From an uncultured Vicinamibacteraceae bacterium (GTDB taxonomy: Bacteria > Acidobacteriota > Vicinamibacteria > Vicinamibacterales > UBA8438), in assembly GCA_964624855.1 (NCBI GenBank), contig CAZUZW010000008.1, positions 8,993 to 72,992 of the forward strand: 64,000 nt of DNA, read 5' to 3'. The notes beneath the pieces were generated by a model, which searched no databases, was not told the origin of the DNA, and saw only the letters and a list, made by a program, of their open reading frames with translations. Below, one piece after another: positions 8,815 through 17,642 of this stretch. Each line of letters begins with the position of its first letter. Position 1 is the stretch's first letter. Position numbers and translations under genes: made by a program.

Positions 8815-9255
8815 CTATAGTCTTTGGTAATCGGCCCGCCAGGTGACGATTAACTGTTTGATTGTTTTACGGTCGTCGATACCATCCTCAAGGACTTTTC
8901 GTGCCAAATTCGGTAGTTCGCTGTCACTGGCGAATCTGAGGGCGGCCAATTGGTCCATCGTAAAATCATGAATGCGTGGTTTTAATTCGTTCGGGAGAAG
9001 CGTTTGCAACCGCATTCGTTCCTCGAGGCGAATCACCCGATCTTGGGCTTGTAACGCGAAAATCCTGGCGAAGAGAGCAATCATGATCAACGCTACCGCC
9101 ATGAACGTGCTCCAAGCCGTTTCCACCGAGAACGCTGTAGCGCTCCGATAGATACTCAGAAGTAAATTAATTAATAGAATTGGCAAGAGTACGTAGTGGA
9201 AGGGGGCTACCATTTTGGCGTGGTTTTGTAAGGTTTGAGGGGTTTTCTCTGACAT
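8815..9255 (-). CDS. Conserved membrane protein (DUF6526-like)
   Basis: QTLQNHA, two TM helices, QDRVIRLEERMR, ALRFASD, WRADY; GGAG RBS before ATG 9255. Confidence 0.65.
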   Translation of the reverse strand: MSEKTPQTLQNHAKMVAPFHYVLLPILLINLLLSIYRSATAFSVETAWSTFMAVALIMIALFARIFALQAQDRVIRLEERMRLQTLLPNELKPRIHDFTMDQLAALRFASDSELPNLARKVLEDGIDDRKTIKQLIVTWRADYQRL

Positions 9256-9469
9256 TGCTTCTCCAGGGTTCGACAAAAATGTTGAGTGACTATCGCACCT
9301 GAACCTAATACTTGCTAAGTAATCAACGAATTGGTGGCTACTGTGACTCTTCGGCTCAAGATATTCTTAGTGTTTCATCTGGAAGCTTCGGGGCCAAGCG
9401 GTAAATCATACGCTAGTGTGCCATTGATTGTGTGAGCCGCAATGTCAAAAGTGTGATGGCGAGGATGTG

Positions 9470-9796
9470 ATGAGTGAACTTTCGAGTAAACAGTGCGTGC
9501 CGTGCCGCGGCGGTGTTCCACCGCTCAAAGGACCCGAGCTTGTTACGTTACAAGATCAGTTGAGTGCGGGATGGACGGTTGTTGATGGGCATCACCTTGA
9601 GAAGGAGTATCGCTTCCAAGACTTCCGAGAGGCACTCGATTTCACAAACAAGATTGGTGAGATGGCGGAAGAGCAGGATCACCACCCCGACATTCTGTTA
9701 ACGTGGGGAGCAGTGAAGGTAACGATTTGGACGCACAAGATTGATGGTTTGACGGAGAGCGATTTTATTTTTGCTGCTAAGGCCGATGTCTTATAG
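9470..9796 (+). CDS. phhB: Pterin-4-alpha-carbinolamine dehydratase
   Basis: CVPCRGG, AEEQDHHPDI, WTHKIDGLTESDF motifs. Confidence 0.9.
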   Translation: MSELSSKQCVPCRGGVPPLKGPELVTLQDQLSAGWTVVDGHHLEKEYRFQDFREALDFTNKIGEMAEEQDHHPDILLTWGAVKVTIWTHKIDGLTESDFIFAAKADVL

Positions 9797-10234
9797 GTCT
9801 TCTTCCCATGAGACGTTGTCGCCCGTGGCGATTACAGCGTCATTGAGGACTTCGGCATAGATACCTCCAGCCCAATGTGAGTTTAGTGCGGCACGTAAAC
9901 CGGGAAGAGCCTCGTCCATTCGTTCGCAAGGACGGGTTTCACCGTTTACTTTCAGCCGGCACGTTCCAATGATCAGCACTTTTCCGCGGCTCTTTTCTAG
10001 GTTAATCCCAGATACCAGCAGGTTGGCTCGCCGCACACTGGGTTCCGCTTCAACACCCATGGCAGCAGTGACTGTCTGCCACTGTTCCTGTGAAATGATC
10101 GTGATTTGACGGAAGCCACGTTGGTCAACGTTATCCACTAGGCCTGCTCGCGCGCGAACCTGCGCTGTTGACTGCGCATCCATTGGTCCTCGCCTGAATC
10201 GCTTTTTCCAAATCTTTTCAAGGCAACCGGCCAT
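9791..10234 (-). CDS. MOSC domain protein
   Basis: RQITII, RRANLLVSG, TRPCERM, GGIYAEVL..IATGD; start uncertain (10234 or 10264). Confidence 0.85.
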   Translation of the reverse strand: MAGCLEKIWKKRFRRGPMDAQSTAQVRARAGLVDNVDQRGFRQITIISQEQWQTVTAAMGVEAEPSVRRANLLVSGINLEKSRGKVLIIGTCRLKVNGETRPCERMDEALPGLRAALNSHWAGGIYAEVLNDAVIATGDNVSWEEDL

Positions 10235-10380
10235 GTTACGTATCCGTTCAGAATTTGCCTCCACATTAAGATGACTCTGCTTTGGCCATGAAACGACAAC
10301 TATTGTTCGTCGCCGACGATCGAGACGAAAACGAGATAGAACCGGCTCGCTTCACCAGGCTACTAGTGTAAGATCACTGG

Positions 10381-11487
10381 TTGATGAAAACCCAATTACC
10401 TGTTGGAGAGAGCGTCGTGGCAGGGTCGCGAGAACGACTCGATAAATGGGTTCAGGAGATCATGGCTTGGCACTTTGATCCGACCACCGGCTGTCCGTTT
10501 TGGTTGAACTGGGCGGACAAGGCCGGATGGGACCCGAGAACAGAGGTTGCTAAATTCAGTGATTTGACGAAATTTGGCCATTTTGAAGATGAATCGCTCC
10601 GCGGTGGACCGCTTCAACGTTGGATACCTCGTGGTTTGTCTGACAAGCCTGTTTATGTGTTTGAAACGGGTGGAACGACGGGCATCCCGAAGAGCCGTGT
10701 GGCCATTGAAGATTTTCGCGTGGATTATGAGCTGTTTTCAGAGACTCTACCGGACGAACACTTTCCAATAGGAGCTAATTGGCTCATGCTGGGACCGAGT
10801 GGCCCCCGGCGTTTACGATTAGCCGTCGAACACCTAGCGCAACACCGGAAGGGTATCTGTTTCTGCGTCGATCTTGATCCACGGTGGGTGATCAAGTTGA
10901 TCAAGAAGGGGTGGATGGACCACCTGAAAGCCTATCAGGACCATGTTATTGATCAGGCGTTGGCGGTGTTGTCTGCGGGTCATGACATCAAATGCCTGTT
11001 TTCAACCCCTAAGTTAATTGAGGCCTTGGCGAACCGTCTCGAAGCGGAGGGTTCGAGTATCAAGGACGCTGGTATCGTTGGCATCTTTGCTGGTGGCACA
11101 GAATTTACCCCTCAATGGAATCGTTTCGCACAGGAAGAAATGCTAGACGGCGTCTATATGACGCCGACCTACGGCAACACTCTGATGGGGTTGGCAGCAA
11201 GTCCGCCGAGCGGTTCGGAAAATGGCTACAAGATCACGTACTATGCTCCCCAACCGCGCGCTGTAATTGAGGTGGTCGATCCGGACGATCCCAGCCAGGT
11301 GACGGAGTATGGCGAAACAGGAAGAGTAATGCTGACAACGTTAACGAAAGAATTTTTTGTGCCGCGGTTTCTTGAACGAGACGAAGGAGAGCGAGAACCG
11401 CCGTGTGAACTCTATCCATGGGATGGGGTTAGTGGAGTCCGTCCGTTTGGTGGTTTGGCATCAGGTACGACGGTTGGTGTGTATTAA
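10381..11487 (+). CDS. EhpF/GriC-like adenylating component of an aryl-carboxylate reductase
   Basis: WHF...TGCPFWL, FETGGTTGIPK, DLDPRWV, GGTE, TYGNT, YGETGRV, ERD and C-terminal GVY match my recollection of phenazine-pathway EhpF and grixazone GriC; similar length (~370 aa). Confidence 0.75.
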   Translation: MMKTQLPVGESVVAGSRERLDKWVQEIMAWHFDPTTGCPFWLNWADKAGWDPRTEVAKFSDLTKFGHFEDESLRGGPLQRWIPRGLSDKPVYVFETGGTTGIPKSRVAIEDFRVDYELFSETLPDEHFPIGANWLMLGPSGPRRLRLAVEHLAQHRKGICFCVDLDPRWVIKLIKKGWMDHLKAYQDHVIDQALAVLSAGHDIKCLFSTPKLIEALANRLEAEGSSIKDAGIVGIFAGGTEFTPQWNRFAQEEMLDGVYMTPTYGNTLMGLAASPPSGSENGYKITYYAPQPRAVIEVVDPDDPSQVTEYGETGRVMLTTLTKEFFVPRFLERDEGEREPPCELYPWDGVSGVRPFGGLASGTTVGVY

Positions 11488-11561
11488 ATTCGTAGATTCT
11501 TGAGCAAGGCGCTGTGTAACCGCCTGCTGAAGTAAGGTGTGTTTTTTAAGGAGAATCAAGC

Positions 11562-12080
11562 ATGAGTAATGTCAGAAGTTTTCTAATGAATCGGAGTTGG
11601 TTGGCTGGAATTACGGTTTTTGTTGCCGTGGCCACGGCATGTGGTGGTGGTGGTGGTGAGGCGCCGGAGTCAGCTAGTGAAATGGAGATGGCTGAACCTG
11701 AGAGCGCACCGGAGCCGATGGGTGACCCACGTGTCTTTTTTGTGGCACCGCGAGACGGTGAAGAGATTTCTGTTGATATTCCTGTAGCCTTTGAGTTTGG
11801 AACGGAAAACTTCGAAATCAGTCCGGTTCCAGAGACGGTCCCACCGGTTCGGGAAAGTCTTGGGCATTTCCACTTGGGTGTCGACACCGATTGTTTGCCT
11901 GCTGGTGAAGTAATCCCGCAGAGTGATCCATGGATCCACTTTGGCGATGGGTCTAACACGATCGAAATGTCCCTCGAGCCGGGTGAGCATCAGTTCGCCG
12001 TGCAGATTGGTGACGATGAGCATCGTACTCTTGACGGACTCTGTGAAACGATTACGGTCATGCTTGAAGAAGGAATCTAG
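11562..12080 (+). CDS. DUF4399-like His-rich lipoprotein
   Basis: Lipobox ATAC, Gly/acidic linker, GHFHL, IHFGDG, LEPGEH, GDDEH; AGGAG RBS. Confidence 0.75.
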   Translation: MSNVRSFLMNRSWLAGITVFVAVATACGGGGGEAPESASEMEMAEPESAPEPMGDPRVFFVAPRDGEEISVDIPVAFEFGTENFEISPVPETVPPVRESLGHFHLGVDTDCLPAGEVIPQSDPWIHFGDGSNTIEMSLEPGEHQFAVQIGDDEHRTLDGLCETITVMLEEGI

Positions 12081-13498
12081 TGATTCACTTTCCGATTCTG
12101 CGGTGGGGAAGTCCATACAAGAGTCTTGAGCTGAGCCAAGTGGTTCACTTCGACACGGGTGAGCCTGTGGCTGAGGTGAGCCAAGCGAACCCCGGTTTAG
12201 TTGGCCGGGATATGAGGAAGGCGGGTCGGGCACGGGAGGTACTCCGTGACATACCGGTCCCCGACCTTATCGCTATGGTCAAGAAAGCTGGCGAACTCTT
12301 TTCGTCAGCCGAATTGCCACTTGGTGAAGGGACCCAGACACCCGAGGAGTTCGTTCGTCAGCAGTCGGCAACGACTGGTTTGTCCGAGCAGATGTGTCGG
12401 ATGAATATGGAAAAGCTTCGGTTTGTTTTGGACCACATGGATGAGATTCTTGTTTCTTTGACTAGGCGGTTGGACCCAAGCATCCTCTCGGAGGGCTACG
12501 GAGAAGAAGATGGTGTGATGCGAAGCTACCAGGCCACGACGCCGGTCCTTGGGATGGTGCTTCCCTCGAACTCGCCTGGTGTCCACAGCCTCTGGCTTCC
12601 GGTGATCCCACTGCAAATTGGGTTGGTGTTAAAGCCAGGACCTCAAGAACCCTGGACACCGTGGCGATTGACGCAAGCGTTTTTTGAGGCCGGCATCCCA
12701 CGCGAATCCGTATCGCTCTATCCAGGACTCGGTGAGGTTGGCGCTTCTGTGCTTAACAATTGTGCCCGCAGCCTAATCTTCGGAGGTACTGCGACGGTTG
12801 ATCAGTATGCGGGTCACCCTGGGGTACAGGTGCACGGACCAGGTTTTAGCAAGATTCTGCTTGGTGATGACCAAGTTGATAGCTGGGAACAACATCTTGA
12901 TCTGATGGTTGACAGTATCTTGGTGAATAGCGGCCGCGGGTGTATTAACTGTTCTGGAATCTGGGCGTCCCGGCACACGACGGAAATTGCTGAAGCATTG
13001 GCCGAGAAACTTGGGCCGATAGCGCCCTTGCCGCCAGACGATCCCGCCGCTGCTCTGGCCGCGTTCACGGTGCCTGGTCAAGCACAGGCAATTTCTGCTG
13101 ACATCGATGGGGTAATCCAGGAGTCCGGTGTTGAAGATGTGACCGCTCGATTTCGTGACGGTCGTCTTGTCGCGAAAGAGCGCTGTGACTATCTTCGCCC
13201 GACGGTTTTACACTGTGAATCTCCGGATACCGCGGCGTCGAAGAAAGAGTACATGTTTCCCTTTGCTACGGTTGTGCAATGTCCACAAGAGAAAATGTTG
13301 TCCGCGATTGGGCCAACATTAGTAGCCACGGCGATCACGGAGGATGAGTCTTTCAGGCGGACGTTGGTTGATGCCGAAAACATCGACCGTTTGAATATTG
13401 GGCCGATACCGACAATTAAACTCAATTGGCTCCAGCCTCACGAAGGTAACATTGTCGACTTCCTGTTCCGCCCACGTGCGTTCCAGTTGGTGTCCTAG
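12080..13498 (+). CDS. ALDH-fold acyl/aryl reductase (GriD/EhpG-like)
   Basis: PSNSPG, LKPG, NSGRGCINCS with candidate catalytic Cys, EYMFP. HGPGFSK replaces the canonical ELGGK. Confidence 0.75.
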   Translation: MIHFPILRWGSPYKSLELSQVVHFDTGEPVAEVSQANPGLVGRDMRKAGRAREVLRDIPVPDLIAMVKKAGELFSSAELPLGEGTQTPEEFVRQQSATTGLSEQMCRMNMEKLRFVLDHMDEILVSLTRRLDPSILSEGYGEEDGVMRSYQATTPVLGMVLPSNSPGVHSLWLPVIPLQIGLVLKPGPQEPWTPWRLTQAFFEAGIPRESVSLYPGLGEVGASVLNNCARSLIFGGTATVDQYAGHPGVQVHGPGFSKILLGDDQVDSWEQHLDLMVDSILVNSGRGCINCSGIWASRHTTEIAEALAEKLGPIAPLPPDDPAAALAAFTVPGQAQAISADIDGVIQESGVEDVTARFRDGRLVAKERCDYLRPTVLHCESPDTAASKKEYMFPFATVVQCPQEKMLSAIGPTLVATAITEDESFRRTLVDAENIDRLNIGPIPTIKLNWLQPHEGNIVDFLFRPRAFQLVS

Positions 13499-13542
13499 CC
13501 GGTAGTAGGTCAGACAGCAACGTTGTTCATGGAACGCGAACA

Positions 13543-14232
13543 ATGTTGGGGAGTGCCACCGTGCTCAAAGTAGAGAATCTGAGCAAGCAATACTCCACAG
13601 CCCAGGGACCATTACCGATCCTTTCTGAGGTTACCTTCAGTCTTGCCCCGGGCGATTCCATGTCGATCATCGGGCCGTCTGGCGTTGGTAAGAGTACGCT
13701 GCTTTATGTACTTGGAGCTCTTGACCCACCGACCACGGGCACGGTGACGCTCGATGGTGAAAATCCATTCACTCTGCCAGAGTCAGAGTTGGCAGTCTTT
13801 CGTAATAGTCAGGTTGGATTTGTTTTTCAAGATCACTTATTGCTCCCTCAGTGTACTGTGCTCGAAAATGTTCTTCTGCCCACGCTGGTCGCTGCGGCGG
13901 ACGCCGGTATCAGGGAACGTGCTGTTGAGCTGATCGACCAAGTAGGGCTTAAACCTAGACTGGAACATCGGCCGGGGGAATTATCTGGTGGAGAACGACA
14001 GCGCGTTGCTTTGGCCCGGGCGTTGATCCGCCAGCCACAGTTGTTACTGTGTGATGAGCCGACAGGTAATTTGGACCGTGAGTCGGCTGATACGGTGTCC
14101 TCTTTGCTCTTCGATTTGCACAGGCAACGACAGGCAATTCTTGTCGTGGTAACGCACAATGTCGTACTGGCGCAGCGCTGTGCGAAGCAGTACCAATTGA
14201 CTGAACGAACTTTGGAGCCAGTGTCACTGTAA
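13543..14232 (+). CDS. ABC transporter ATPase (LolD/MacB type)
   Basis: GPSGVGKST, LSGGERQR, DEPTGNLD, VTH. Confidence 0.95.
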   Translation: MLGSATVLKVENLSKQYSTAQGPLPILSEVTFSLAPGDSMSIIGPSGVGKSTLLYVLGALDPPTTGTVTLDGENPFTLPESELAVFRNSQVGFVFQDHLLLPQCTVLENVLLPTLVAAADAGIRERAVELIDQVGLKPRLEHRPGELSGGERQRVALARALIRQPQLLLCDEPTGNLDRESADTVSSLLFDLHRQRQAILVVVTHNVVLAQRCAKQYQLTERTLEPVSL

Positions 14233-14235
14233 CCC

Positions 14236-17200
14236 ATGACAATTCAGGCACTTATTCGCCGCAACCTGTTGCACTTTTGGCGAACAAATCTGGCCGTGGT
14301 GGTTGGCGTCGGTGTTGCTGTAGCCGTACTGGCTGGCGCATTACTTGTTGGGTCGTCAGTGCGAGCCAGTCTGCAAAGTTTGGCTCTTGAGCGATTGGGT
14401 TCGGTGGATACCGTTGTTACAAGTGCCAGTTTCGTTCAAGAGTCCCTTGCCGAGAAAGTATTGGATACCGGTTCCGCACGAGAATGGTTCGGCGGGGTTG
14501 CTCCGATTATCGCGGTTGAGGGTTTTGTGACCCACCAAGAGAGCGGTCGTCGTGCGTCCGGAGTTCAGGTTTATGGTGTCGATGAACGGTTCTGGGACTT
14601 CCATGAACAAAACGCGGAGTCGCTCACTTTGGAGCGAAACCGTGTTTTTGTGAGTGAAGGACTGGCCAGTGAGCTGGGCGTGACGGTTGACGACAGCGTC
14701 CTAGTTCGAGTGGAACTCCCGTCAGCTATTCCGATCAGTTCGTTGCATGGACGGCGCGACGATTTAGGTCGGACACTTCGACTTGGAATAGAGCGTGTTC
14801 TTCCGCCTGAGGCAGAGGGCGAGTTTTCGTTTCGTCCCCAACAGGGACGGGCACGATCAGTTTTTGTTTCCTTGACTCGGTTGCAACAAGCCCTTGAGCA
14901 AGAAGGACGAGTCAACACTGTTCTTCTCGGTGTTGGCGACCTCACGAGTGATGGTTCGGTTGAGATGGCTACTAGACTAACCGCCGCTGAGTCTGCTGTG
15001 CGAGCGGCCGCATCGTTGGAGGACATTGGCTTGAGGGTGCGGGTTGTTGCGGATCGCAACGAACTGGCAGTTGAAGCGGTTGGCGGGTTGGTCAATGAAA
15101 CGACAGCTCAAGCGGTTGGTTCCGTTGCTGGGGCGAGTGGTATCGAAATGAAACCGGTCTTGACTTACTTGGTTAACAAATTGATACGCGGTGACCGGAT
15201 AATGCCGTACTCCCTCGTGTCGGCCATTGACCTTGAGCTTGTCAGCGACCAGTCAGGTGATTTTACGAACAGTGAGAATAGTGCTGTTCCGCTGGTGCTG
15301 AATGAATGGGCAGCCGATGACTTGAACGTCTCCGAAGGTGATTTTGTCGAATTCGAGTATTTCGTTTGGGAAGATGAGGGCCGACTTGTTACCCATGATG
15401 CGAGTTTCCGTGTAGCCGACGTCGTACCGATTGCTGGTGCCGCAGGTGACTCGAGCTTAGCTCCGGATTATCCAGGGATCACGGAGGCAGTTGACCTCAC
15501 CGGGTGGGATCCTCCGTTTGAGATTGATTTGGGACTCATTCGGCCACAGGATGAAGATTATTGGGACGAGTATCGAACTACACCAAAAGCTTTCATCCCA
15601 CTGGAAACAGGCCAACAGTTATGGGAATCGCGCTGGGGTTCTTTGACGTCTATTCGTCTTAAACCAACCGGAGACTTGGAAGTCGCAGCGGAGCAGTTCG
15701 GTCGAGAACTTCTAGCTGCCGTGGATCCAGTCTCGACAGGATTCGTCGTTTATCCGGCGAGAGCACTGGCTGTGGAATCGTCTGTAGGTGCGACCGACTT
15801 TGGTCTGTATTTTATCTATTTCAGCTTTTTTCTTGTCGTTTCTGCACTGTTGCTGGCGAGTCTTTTTTTTCGTTTGGGTGTGGAGCAGCGATTAGCAGAA
15901 ATTGGTTTACTGCGTGCTGCTGGTTTCTCGGATAAAACGATCTGGAAAATTTTTAGTAGGGAAGCTTTATTACTGTCTGTGATGGGAAGCCTCATTGGCG
16001 TGGTTGGGGCAGTTGTCTATGCGGAACTCATCATGTGGGGCCTTAGGACGTGGTGGGTTGATGCGGTTGGAACTACCCGGCTCACTCTTTTTGTTTCCCC
16101 AGTAGCTCTCATGTCTGGGGCGTTTGGAGGTGTTATTGCTGCGTTTCTGTCGATCGCTTTGACCCTGCGGTCGCTTAGTCCAGTATCTCCACGAAGTCTG
16201 TTGTCCGGAATACTTACAGAGAATACTTTTTCAGGAAATACTGGCTCTCGGTCACGTCTTGTTACTCTTGCGGTGGGCTTGTTTTGTCTCGGGATTGGTT
16301 TGATTGTGGCTTCGACTGTGGACTTGTTGACCTCGACAGTCGGGTTTTTTGGCGGAGGAATATCGCTACTGTGTAGTTTGCTTGTGACCACGTCCGTCTT
16401 GCTCCGCGGCGGCTATCGTCGCCAGACTGGAAGGCCGTGGTCGATTGTCCAAGTTGGATTCCGGAATGCGAGTGCCCGTCCTGGACGGAGTGTGTTGTGT
16501 ATCGCCCTTATCGCCTCGGCAGCATTCATTATTGTCGCAGTTGACGCTTTCCACCGCGAAGGTGCTGAGAACGAATTAAACCCACAATCTGGAACTGGAG
16601 GCTATCCACTTCTCGCTGACACATTACTGCCGATTGCTCACGATCTGTCTGTTGCGGCTGGTCAAGATGCGCTCAACTTGTTTGATTTTTATGAATCGGG
16701 TGGGGTTCTTGAAGGCGTGACGTTCACACGGTTTCGCCTGAGACCAGGCGAAGATGCTAGTTGCCTTAATTTATATCAAGCCAAGGATCCGAGAATCTTG
16801 GCTGCGACTGAAACGTTTTTGTCGGAGGGGCGATTTTCATTTGCCGGGAGTTTGGCCGAAACTGAAGTCGAGAGGGAGAACCCGTGGCAACTCTTGCACC
16901 GGACGTTTGAGGATGGAGCGATTCCCGCGATTGCGGATGCGACCTCGTTGACCTACGCGTTACATCTCAAAGTGGGTGATGATTTCGTTTTGAATCGCGA
17001 TACAGACAATCCAATTCGTTTACGTATTGTTGCCGCGCTGTCTGACAGTATTTTTCAACGAGAGTTGATGGTTTCAGAAGAGCATTTTGACCGGTTCTTT
17101 CCGCATTACGAGGGGTACAGATTTTTCTTGATCGATACGCCGCTGGACCGGACGGATGAAGTGACTGCTGCATTAGAGGGGCGATTGTCAGACTATGGAT

Positions 17201-17634
17201 TCGATGTGGTTTCAACCGCTGAGCGACTAGCTGGATTCCATCGCGTGGAGAATACTTATCTGGCCACTTTTCAGGCATTAGGTGGTCTTGGTTTGGTGCT
17301 CGGTACGTTTGGGCTCGGAGCGGTGTTACTTCGGAATGTATTTGAGCGACGACGGGAGTTGGCGCTTTTACGTGCCGTGGGTTTTAATTCACGGCATCTA
17401 TCGTTGCTTGTCCTGTCCGAAAACGCTTTTCTGTTACTTGTTGGTTTGTTTGCCGGAACGGTCTCGGCGTTGGTGGCCATTGCCCCTGCCTGGGTTTCTC
17501 GGGGAGGTAGCCTTCCATTCTTGTCGCTTGGGTCGTTATTGGTCATCGTTCTCGTCGCGGGGTTCTCTGCGTCTGTTTTTGCGACGTTATCTGCGGTCCG
17601 AGCTCCACTTCTTTCTTCGCTTCGTTCGGAGTAA
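14236..17634 (+). CDS. Large duplicated FtsX/MacB-type ABC permease
   Basis: Two repeats of TM, periplasmic domain and FtsX core (EIGLLRAAGF, ELALLRAVGF); 1132 aa. Confidence 0.88.
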   Translation: MTIQALIRRNLLHFWRTNLAVVVGVGVAVAVLAGALLVGSSVRASLQSLALERLGSVDTVVTSASFVQESLAEKVLDTGSAREWFGGVAPIIAVEGFVTHQESGRRASGVQVYGVDERFWDFHEQNAESLTLERNRVFVSEGLASELGVTVDDSVLVRVELPSAIPISSLHGRRDDLGRTLRLGIERVLPPEAEGEFSFRPQQGRARSVFVSLTRLQQALEQEGRVNTVLLGVGDLTSDGSVEMATRLTAAESAVRAAASLEDIGLRVRVVADRNELAVEAVGGLVNETTAQAVGSVAGASGIEMKPVLTYLVNKLIRGDRIMPYSLVSAIDLELVSDQSGDFTNSENSAVPLVLNEWAADDLNVSEGDFVEFEYFVWEDEGRLVTHDASFRVADVVPIAGAAGDSSLAPDYPGITEAVDLTGWDPPFEIDLGLIRPQDEDYWDEYRTTPKAFIPLETGQQLWESRWGSLTSIRLKPTGDLEVAAEQFGRELLAAVDPVSTGFVVYPARALAVESSVGATDFGLYFIYFSFFLVVSALLLASLFFRLGVEQRLAEIGLLRAAGFSDKTIWKIFSREALLLSVMGSLIGVVGAVVYAELIMWGLRTWWVDAVGTTRLTLFVSPVALMSGAFGGVIAAFLSIALTLRSLSPVSPRSLLSGILTENTFSGNTGSRSRLVTLAVGLFCLGIGLIVASTVDLLTSTVGFFGGGISLLCSLLVTTSVLLRGGYRRQTGRPWSIVQVGFRNASARPGRSVLCIALIASAAFIIVAVDAFHREGAENELNPQSGTGGYPLLADTLLPIAHDLSVAAGQDALNLFDFYESGGVLEGVTFTRFRLRPGEDASCLNLYQAKDPRILAATETFLSEGRFSFAGSLAETEVERENPWQLLHRTFEDGAIPAIADATSLTYALHLKVGDDFVLNRDTDNPIRLRIVAALSDSIFQRELMVSEEHFDRFFPHYEGYRFFLIDTPLDRTDEVTAALEGRLSDYGFDVVSTAERLAGFHRVENTYLATFQALGGLGLVLGTFGLGAVLLRNVFERRRELALLRAVGFNSRHLSLLVLSENAFLLLVGLFAGTVSALVAIAPAWVSRGGSLPFLSLGSLLVIVLVAGFSASVFATLSAVRAPLLSSLRSE

Positions 17635-17642
17635 TTCCATCC

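Noticed and set aside
11642-11658. (GGT)n simple repeat
   Set aside because: Encodes the poly-Gly linker after a lipoprotein Cys; in-frame triplet, not a phase-variation tract.
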